Shown piece by piece: positions 55,301 to 64,000 of a stretch of DNA of 64,000 nucleotides. The stretch's first letter is position 1, and each line of letters opens with the position of its first letter. The notes beneath the pieces are model-generated. The model saw nothing but the letters and a program-made list of their open reading frames with translations. It was not told the DNA's origin and made no database searches. The DNA comes from Trypanosoma brucei. Its lineage: Eukaryota. The stretch lies in contig AE017150.2 of assembly GCA_000002445.1 (NCBI GenBank), positions 384,001-448,000 on the forward strand, read 5' to 3'. Position numbers and translations under genes: made by a program.

Positions 55301-58300
55301 CCTCGCATACCACAGGGCGTACATCCGGGCATGTCATTAGCATATTACCACACATCCGCAAAACTGTGTGCAACATGTGAGGCACTTGTTGGAGCAAATC
55401 ACGACTCCACCACTCCCCCACAATATCTCTGAACATCCGCACCAGAAGCAGACGACGCGCCCCACGGTTTAGGTCCTGTGTGAGACAGACGTACAGTCGC
55501 TGGAGTAACACATATGCATGGTCGCCACCGTCGTTTGAGAAGAATGCATGCACTGCTTGGTGATCAAACGCTGAAGGCGGGTGGGAACCACGCGATAGCT
55601 CTCGCATTTCTGTCATCGCCTGTTGTGTGTTCGAAGAGGCCACGTCACCTATTGACTCACAGAGCAACTTAACTGCCCAGTGAATCTGCTTAAGTTCGAT
55701 GTACGGTGAGAGGGTGCCGACGAGATCTACAAAACGGCACAGAATACCATCAGCATTATAACGCATAAGTGAAGCAAAACGGTGGGAAAGTGCGCTTCGC
55801 AGCCACTCCAATGCCACTCGAGCAGCACATCCTGCTTCTTCCAACTTCGCGTCTTCGTCGGGTTCCTCGACACATTTCCGGGTGTCTTTCAGCCCCATAA
55901 AGCTTTGGTGACCGCATCTGACACGCGCTCCAGTCAATTGTGACCATTCGACACCCATTCCACTCTTCTCGGATAAGGAGGCAAACAGGAGTAACCGTGC
56001 CACTACATCAGGGAAGTGTGCAACGATGCATTCGATAAGTAACTGCGGCGTGCACTCAGGATCAGGTTCTTGTCCAACCGCTTCGTCACCCTTCTCTCCC
56101 CCCTCAATTGGAGTTTTCTCTCGCTGTTGTTGTCGATGGTGGAAGATAGCTAACCGCCAGAGGAGGCTACTGGGCCGCATGAATACGGCACCTGCAGCCT
56201 CGTCCTCCACAGCTTCGCGTGCTTGAACGCTATTCGAACCACGGCTTGAGCAGCATAATAAAACGATCGGCAACAACAACGGCATAAAAGCTGCCCAAAG
56301 CTGCGATATAGAGCTAAAGCCAAAGCACGTAATAGGCAATGCCTCTAGCGGGTGACCGAAGCTCCACAACCAATCAAATAAAAGCCGTTCACGGTGGTGG
56401 TGGCACAACTGTTGAGCACTCATCTTACTTCCCTCTCCAATCGCCAATTCTAATTCAGCTGCGTCACTTCCTAGCAGAGTACCTACATCGTCAGCGACGC
56501 CGCCGCCCCCTACCCTAAGTCTGGCGTACTCACCAATCAACTGGAGACATTCGAGAATCAAATCCTTATGCATGAAGCCGTGCGTGGCCCAACATTCCAG
56601 TAATTTGCACACAACTCGGGGCTCCATCAACGGCACCGCCCTTGCCGCCTCAGCTACCGCCCGTAGACTTGTCGCACAGCTCATACCGCTCGTAGAGTTC
56701 ATTCCCTCGCGAGCGCTGGCAATCATATCGCGCATCACAGCTCCGGCTCGATCGCTAAACCGGCTGAACAGAAAGCGAACCTGCAGAGCTGTGTGCTGCC
56801 GCACGGCGTAAGGGGCATCGGGAGAGAAGAAGGAAAATATGTACCGACCGAGCTTTTCTGCAACTCGAGCGTCACAGAGGAAAAGAAGACCATATATAGC
56901 TGATATGACGGCACACTGTCGTTGGGGAGTAAGAGGTGGGATGTCGCTCTGCGCAGAGTCGCTCACACGTTCAACAAAGCGCTTCAGCATTTGCCCTTCC
57001 TCACACAGTAACTCTTTCTCCGGTTCGTCGACTCCGACACCCGTAGTCGATAACCGATACTCATTTTGCTGGCCTTCGCACCTTTCGGCGGAGTGAGCGG
57101 GCGCTATGGCATAACGAGCTGCTACCGTTGCAGTCCCCTTTGTGTGCAACGCATAGTAGCCGAATGTTGCGAATATGCTTTCACACATGGAGTGGGCATA
57201 GCGGGCGAAGAGAGTTTCGAGCAGCGCAAGAAGCGCATTTCGCGCGTTCATATCTCCCCATAAACCACGCAGCAACTGGAGCAGATACGCCAAACAGTCA
57301 ACGGACGCCAGAACGAAGGGCACGAATGGGTGGGGTTTCAATATCGCCCGGGTATCTGCTCCCTCTTCAGCAGCGTCGTTGCGGCCAGAGATTCTGTCAA
57401 GAGGTAAAATGAGCTCATTCTTCACAAGAATGTCCACAATTACAGCTGTTACGTCCGAGGGGTCCACCAAAGGTTCAGCGGCGGCCAGCATCAAACGCTT
57501 GTGGCGCACCAGCGTTAGAAATTCACCCAGAACTCTGCAGCTGAGTCGCATGGTGGCCTGAACGATTATTGTGCTGTCTGTGGTCGTTATTTCCGTCTGT
57601 TTCCATGAAGCAAGTCGGGATATGCCTTCATTAAGCAGTCGACGGCATGTGGCACCGACAAACCTGAGAATAGTTTGGCGCGGTTCCCATAGTGCTAGAG
57701 ACCGTGAAAGAAGCTCTGTGCCGACATCATGGAGTAGGAGCAGCAGCGCCCGAAGCACCGCACGAGCTTGCGTGAGCGAATCGCGAAGCAGACGGGTGGT
57801 GAGGTAATGACACAACCACATTACAGCGTAGTAGATTCGACCAGGGGCCGTGGGAAGACGTTGAAAAACCGAAGCAGGTTGTTCAAATAACTGCTGTGGT
57901 GTAAAATCCAAAAGCACACGAAGATCTTCCGACTCACTGTCGCCATTGTCACCACTATTAAGTCTGTCTGAGCACCCTCCAGTCAGGTTGGCGTTGTCAT
58001 CAGACTTTGCGCTTGCGACAACCCCTGCACCTGTGCACTCCCCCGGTTGCCGGCTACATTTTCCTTCAGGAAGGTGCCATATCCCAAGCCGGTATAAGCG
58101 CAGAATAAAATGAAGAACCTGAATGGAATGGATGCACAACTTGCGGTGAATCAGTGCCACGGTTTCTTCACACATGCCTTGTTGTTGTTGGTACGCAGAT
58201 GGTTCAGTGCCAACGATCCCAGCAGACGTGGTCGCAATTTTTGCACTGCACGCCATCTCAGTTACAGCACGAACAACTTCAGCAGAAAGGGCTTCCATTA

Positions 58301-61300
58301 CAGCGGCTGGTGTATCCCCAGGACGTAGTCGACTACCACCGACATCCAATACACTTCCCTCCGACGTGCCTTCAGGGTATTGCCCACAAATGTCATAGCC
58401 GCTGCAAACTCCAGTAGTTGAAGGTCCCTGCATGTCACGCAACACCTCTTCCCTGGAGAGCGATAAGAATTCATATAGAAGAAGCCAGTGTCCACGAGCA
58501 GCCTCACAAACAGATGCAGGAAGCTGCTTCTCAGGCGTTGTAAAAGCTGAGCCAACAAGACGGCGCGAGTGGCCAAGTTTTTCTCTGATGCGCCGCAATG
58601 ACGCAACGCTTCTTCCACCACCCATGTTATATAGAAAATTTGCGCTATCCGTTCCTGCTTCAGAAGCGGTGGTAACCTTAACGCCCGATGTGGCAGTCGC
58701 CACGAGGGAGTGTTGACAACCCATCGTGCTCTCGGTGATAATAAGGCATAAGGACAACACATGATCCTCCGCTGAACTCAGCACACTTTCAAACGCTTCG
58801 GCCGCTCTCGCAACAGCGGCAGGGGAGTCTGTTTCCTGTCTCCACACGAGACCATCATCATGCGGAAAGAAACAAACACCGTGTGAAATGCCAGCTACAA
58901 CAAAGGAGAGCACCGTCGAGAGCCGTAGAGATGCTGTAGGCAAATCCATCAGTTGGTCTCCGTGTAGCGACTGAGAGCACCCGTCACGAACTCGTTTCTT
59001 CATTGAAACCCGATGGGATGCGGTTATTTGAGCTGCCGTAGCTCCATAATGATGGTAGGCTGAGAGAAACTGCATCATGGACTTAAACAACGACACCGGG
59101 ATACCCGTTTTGATGGCGTTGTTTGTGGGTGCAAAGGCAGCGGAAGCGGAGGGACCTAACAGAGACGATCCCGCTGCTGAGACGCCTGTTCGCCTTGCAG
59201 CTGAGAATGTTTCTCCAAGTGGCTGGTTAAGCGGTAATACACCTTCCACCCCTGATCCACTTATTCCCCCCGCCATTGCTACCGGTCCCCCAAACCCCGT
59301 TGAAGGTGTCGACGGCAGCGCCCCTCCACCAACAACAGCATAAATTCGCGCAGTAATTGCACTGAAATGAACGGCAGAGTGCAGTCGCATGCGTTCTTCG
59401 GTCGTCACGAGAAATGGGCATTGACCAACCACCCCGCGTTCAAGCAAAAGTGACAACAAAGAGTACACCTGTTCCTTTGGGTGACTCTCTTCCTCTCGTT
59501 GTGCCGTTTCAGTGGGGAAGTAACGACGAATTAGCCATCGAAACAGTTCCTGCTGGCAAACAACGGAGGATCGTGGCCCCACTGCATGCAGCACTGCCAG
59601 CAGTAGCGACTCTAACTGTACGCCATAGTACGGAAAAATGGGGAGAATCCCTTGCTCCACTAAATAAGTGCACTGATGCTCTGTAAAACCAAGCGTGGCG
59701 CACGGTTGGGCGAGGAGATGAAGCATAAAAAGTGAACTGTCCTTGATATTGTTCTGCACTGCCGGCGCGCCAATTGGACCACCGCTGCTTGTGGAACTTG
59801 AAGGCGTGTGCCCACCCGCGCCGAGACCAAAACTCGCGGAGCCACAACGGTGTAGGTTAGAGTCACTCAAAGCACCTGTCACACTCCCTTGTAATGTCCT
59901 GCACGTTCTTACCGGCGTCTCTGCTGCATCACGGCCGCTTTCGAGGAAGAACAGCGAGCGAAACAACTGCAATATAACGTTACTCGGGTGAACGGTGGAT
60001 ACGGGCTGTGGATCGTGGGAGAAGCCGACCTGATCAGAGACGTCAGCGATCCCTTCGTCTCCTTCACGTGGACGTTTTCTCCCTGTACTAACTCCATTAT
60101 CATGGCTCTTATTGCTACCGGTGCTTTCGCTTCTATCACCCGATTTACCGCCACTGTCGCCACCGCTGTGCCTGCTGGTGCCGTCTCCACTGCGTGATCC
60201 AGGGGAAGTAAATAGGAGCGCCAAATAGGCGTCGTGTGTGCTGCAGGCCAAATAAAGCACAATGGCCCCAAAGTCAAACAACGATGCAAGTGGTCTACAT
60301 GGAAAATGTGATAATTCACGACGTGAAACGAAGTTGAATTCACTTCGTGGCACCGTGAATAGTTGCCGCATAAAAGGCAACACCGTTTCATGCAGTAATA
60401 CCAGTGTCCGCGGGGGAGTAGAAGCGGAAAAGGGGGAAGCAGGTGCCTGTACTGCTGTTGGTGAGCAGATTAGGGAGGTTGTTGGTGGTGGTGACGCGGA
60501 AGAACTCTTGGCTTGTGACCGCAATAACGGCGCGTTGCTTTTTTCTTCCTTGTGATTGGATGCGTTGCCGGTGGTACTGCAGGAGTTACTACCAAGAACA
60601 TTTCCGTGGTGGTGTGCAGCACGCGGCCTATTTCGTTCAATGTCTGCTCGCACGTTTTGGCCTAATACTGCCGAAAAGGATGCACACACCTGCGTGGTCA
60701 AGAGGGTTAAGGCCTCCAATCGCCAGCCATCCCTTCGTGTTGTGGCATAAAAGAAGTGACACAGTGGTTTCAGGAGATCCAGCGGCACACCTGAGGTTAG
60801 TGGGTAGTCGTCGCGAGCTATTTTTATAAGTAAGTTTACAGCCACCAGGAGGTGTTCCTCCAACCGCAGTGCACACGTGGGTCTCTGGTGGCGTCGCATG
60901 GTGATGTTCACGAGTTGCTGCATGACAAAGGGTAATGTGACTTTGCGGTTGTTTTCCGGTTTATCGACGGCCACGGCGGTGTCCTGGCTGGGCATAAATG
61001 CGCTAAGAAGATGCGGCGCCCGAAAGAGTTGAACGAGAACTGCAGCATACGTTGTTCCCTCCTCCACAGAAGGAGCTTGATCCCCATCATCATTCATCTC
61101 ATGAGAAGTGGGTCCTCGGTTGCTTTTTTTTGAGTTGCCACAGCCGCCTGCTGGAGGCGCGCCACGGCCACGCACCCACGTCCCCGTTCCTCCACCAGTA
61201 TCACTTCCGTTTGCTTCATACACCGTTTTATCAATAAGGTCTAGCAGACGCACTGTCAACTTCGCTATGAGCTTCGGCAGCAGGTTTGATAGATACCCAT

Positions 61301-62204
61301 CAAAGAGAAACAGATGTAACAAAAGTTGCGCGAATTCCTGACCACAGACTGGGGCCAAAACCTCCGACTGTAAAACCTCGAGCGCGCAACTCACAAATCC
61401 GTTGAGGGGAACGGCGTTCTTCCACAGAAGTGGCAATACTGCGTGGTTTGGAGGCACTGCCCAAATATGGTGCGATGCCTCTCCCCAACCCTCACCACCT
61501 CCAACTGGTGCCACGTGCTGCGGTGCCGATTTGAAGGATGAAGATGTGAAATTGTCCCTCCCATCTCCTCCATGATGATGTTTTGCCGTGTCGAAGCCGG
61601 ATGACATGGAATGCGTATCACCGCCCCCACCACCCACGGAGCTGCTGCCCGTCCCAATAAGCATAGAGGAAAAGGAAGAGGAAGAGGAATGGGCAGCGGT
61701 TTGTTGTTGTTGTTGAACTACCGACGCAGGCAGGTTATGATGGACGGTCTCAATTAGCGCTCGCCATGGACGGGCGAAGTCGGTGCGCAGTTTTCTTCCT
61801 CTATTTTCTGAATAAGCGCTAGTTCCTGACTCGTCCTCAGCAATGTTCACACGGCCCAATGCCGCCATTTGCCGACGCTTTGTTACCGCCTCGTTATACT
61901 GCTGGAGTGCAGGGCGAAGGACACTATTCATCACCACGAAAAGAATGTTGTTTGCCACATGTTGACCGAATAAATCCTGAACACACATGCAACTCTGTTC
62001 CACCGTGTTGTCAAGGAACGTGCGAAGATCTTGCAGAAACTTGGGTGCCTCCCGTATAGTTGCCCCTTGAAGATCATTGCAGATCGTTGTAAGGCTCCTC
62101 TTAAGTGCCTCCTTGTCTAATGAAATACTCCGCTGCGACACTGCCGGATGCCGTCCCCTAAACAATCCAAGCATTGAGGCATCTTGTGAGGCTGACATAA
62201 TCAC
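49365..62204 (-). CDS. ATM: ATM-like phosphatidylinositol-3-kinase-related kinase (PIKK), 4279 aa
   Basis: The C-terminal PI3K/PI4K catalytic domain has [12 protein letters not shown] (catalytic loop) and [42 protein letters not shown] (activation loop). This is collinear with human ATM GLGDRHVQNILI...[42 protein letters not shown]. The terminal FATC is ...[13 protein letters not shown], against ATM ...SRLFPGWKAWV. A giant HEAT-like N-terminal region precedes the catalytic domain, and the ORF is a single uninterrupted 12.8-kb frame. Confidence 0.9.
   Translation of the reverse strand: [4279 protein letters not shown]
49621..49644. repeat. (CTG)8 trinucleotide repeat inside the ATM CDS (encodes poly-Gln between kinase domain and FATC)
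   Basis: CTGCTGCTGCTGCTGCTGCTGTTG on the plus strand is (CAG)n in the coding sense, giving [14 protein letters not shown]. Confidence 0.9.
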
Positions 62205-62795
62205 GGATTCGATGTTTGATGACTACAACTTATACCCTCTCGTGTTTATGTGTATCCGCTTTTCGTTTATTTATTTATTTTTTGTTTTCCTCCCCCTTTC
62301 TTTCTTTCGTTCAACTCCTCTCGTTGTGCTTCCTCCTTCCTGTACGCGTTCGTTAATTGACTGCAACGCCAAACCAGATGGCGCAACTTAGACCCGTCTG
62401 TTCCTGGGAACTAACTAAATAAAAAATCAAATCTGTGTACAGTTACACCTGTTTGTATTTGTATAAACTCCTTAGCCTTCGCTTCTGTTTTTAGCTCCCT
62501 TTTTTTCTCCTCCACTTTCTCAGAGATGTGCGCTGGGAGAAGCTGAGGCTCTGTTGTTGTTGTTTTCTTCCCTTTTTTAAATTTGTTTTGGGGAGCCGTT
62601 TCTCCTTCACACGAGCGGTGGAAATGAAAACCTTCACTTATGTGAAATCTCCAATAATAATAGTGGTAGTAATGCTTCTTCCTTTTTTCCCCCAACTCTA
62701 TTCACCTGAATCGGCTTCGACTTCTTTCCTTTTCGCGTTTTTTTTTCACCCTTGCTGTCTTTATAACGCTACGTAATGTCAGTCGATATATATAT

Positions 62796-62809
62796 AAATA
62801 AATAAATAA

Positions 62810-62850
<41 letters not shown>
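62796..62850. repeat. (AAAT)n(AT)n compound microsatellite
   Basis: AAATAAATAAATAAATAAATATATATATATATATATATATATATATA is visible in the sequence. Confidence 0.9.
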
Positions 62851-62852
<2 letters not shown>

Positions 62853-63295
62853 CGTATATACTTCTGTTGACTACAGTAAAGTATATTTTTTTGTTTTATT
62901 ACTTGTTGTTGTTGTTGTTACAAAAATAGTTTTGTTTCTGTTTTACCACCAGGGCTCTAAGGCAACTCAACGCTTTCCCAAATCCCCGTAGCGCCTATTT
63001 TTTTTTTCTTTCTTTTTTGTTGCCTTTCTCGCCCTCCCCCAACTCATGTCGAAAGAAAAGGAAAGACAACAAGCCAGTTGTGATAGCACTGAGAACACAC
63101 ATACAGACACATAAAAAAAATAAAATATAACAACAACAGTAGCAACAGAAGCAAATTAGAGTGGACACAACAGCAACTCATTGCATCCAGTAACGCATCA
63201 CCACCATCACCACATCAACCACAGCATCAGAAACATTTCTTCTTTCCCTTCTTAACTTCTCAGGCGGCCAATTATTTATTATACGTGAGCCTACC

Positions 63296-63985
63296 TTACC
63301 CAATAATAAAAAAGAGTTCATAAAGTTTCTTCACTGGATCCCAACTGCAGCGATATCTTCCCTTTTCTTCATCACTTCCCGCATTTCCGTAACCGCCCCA
63401 TGATGTTAATCCACTTGAGGTGCGCGGTAATTTCGATGGAAACTTGAGCCCTACCGTCATGTACCCCTCGCAAGCCACTAAAAGATAAACAACATCATCA
63501 TTAGGCGGTTTTTCCACTTCCTGTTCACGTGCTGAGCGCCACCGGTGCAGCGGCCGAGCTCCCTCCACCGCCTGTGGGAAATAAAATTCCAACCAAACTT
63601 TGGTTTGATACAACTCGGGATCATGTTCAGTACAATAATGAAATTCCGGGCGACCGAATGGTGCGAAGGATGTAACTGATGATGCATGTGGTGCTGAAGT
63701 TTGTTGCAGGAGGAGTTCCCGTGTGGCTTTTTCCTGCTCTGCACGGCGCATGGCTTCTTTGTTAAGTTCCTCCTCCTCAGCCAATCGCTTCTCACGATTA
63801 GCGCTGCGCTCAAGGCGCTCAAGTTGCAAACTGTGAGTTTTACCAGCCAAATGTTTAATGAAATTATTGTCATCACTACAACACACGTCACAAAGGGTAC
63901 ACACAACATGTCCCATATGATTCCGCTTATAATAAGGGTCACAACGCGCCTGAGCGGCGGGGTCAAATGCCTTCACATGTGACAT
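63296..63985 (-). CDS. SF3A2: Splicing factor 3a subunit 2 (SF3A2/SAP62/Prp11-like) with matrin-type C2H2 zinc finger
   Basis: DPYYKRNHMGHVVCTLCDVCCSDDNNFIKHLAGKTHSLQLERL aligns with human SF3A2 DPYFMKNHLGSYECKLCLTLHNNEGSYLAHTQGKKHQTNLARR. KVWLEFYFPQAVEGARPLHRWRSAREQEVEKPPNDDVVYLLVACEGYMTVGLKFPSKL aligns with LLFQIDYPEIAEGIMPRHRFMSAYEQRIEPPDRRWQYLLMAAEPYETIAFKVPSREI. The C-terminal RYRCSWDPVKKLYELFF aligns with KFWTHWNRETKQFFLQFHF. Confidence 0.8.
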   Translation of the reverse strand: MSHVKAFDPAAQARCDPYYKRNHMGHVVCTLCDVCCSDDNNFIKHLAGKTHSLQLERLERSANREKRLAEEEELNKEAMRRAEQEKATRELLLQQTSAPHASSVTSFAPFGRPEFHYCTEHDPELYQTKVWLEFYFPQAVEGARPLHRWRSAREQEVEKPPNDDVVYLLVACEGYMTVGLKFPSKLPRTSSGLTSWGGYGNAGSDEEKGRYRCSWDPVKKLYELFFIIG

Positions 63986-64000
63986 GTTCTACAAAGGGAA

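Noticed and set aside
1-64000. Prokaryotic defence/accessory system, CRISPR array, operon structure
   Set aside because: The sequence is kinetoplastid nuclear DNA. It is a unidirectional polycistron of large eukaryotic genes (PIKK, karyopherin, HDAC, Rab, SF3a). There are no Shine-Dalgarno-spaced operons and no repeat-spacer arrays. The repeats are microsatellites and dispersed elements, not CRISPR.

Overview
This window is eukaryotic, not prokaryotic. Gene density, strand organisation, codon usage and the gene products all point to an African trypanosome (Trypanosoma brucei group). It has one long co-directional (minus-strand) polycistronic gene array with no introns, and long low-complexity intergenic spacers full of homopolymers and (CA)n(TA)n microsatellites. 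From memory, the gene content (ATM-like PIKK, class II histone deacetylase, Rab6, NEK kinase, exportin-T, SF3a subunit 2) matches the boundary between the left subtelomeric VSG array and the core of T. brucei chromosome II; a BLAST search is needed to confirm that. Positions ~14.8-64 kb carry 15 protein-coding genes, all on the minus strand. They include a 12.8-kb ATM kinase gene (4279 aa), exportin-T, a class II HDAC, an exosome RNase PH-like subunit, a SNAP-family TPR protein, Rab6, a NEK-like kinase and a 978-aa protein built from octad repeats. Positions 1-14.8 kb have a different character: a VSG-like surface glycoprotein gene, an intact type-II membrane protein gene with a decayed paralogous fragment beside it, a possible retroelement reverse-transcriptase relic, and a pair of 275-bp near-identical direct repeats 10.6 kb apart that bracket the VSG-like and ESAG-like genes. 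There is no bacterial-style defence or accessory system, CRISPR array, rRNA or convincing tRNA. The features most worth a second look are the direct-repeat pair, the atypical VSG-like gene, the repeat-array protein at the polycistron end, and the internal trinucleotide and low-complexity insertions in ATM, HDAC and NEK.
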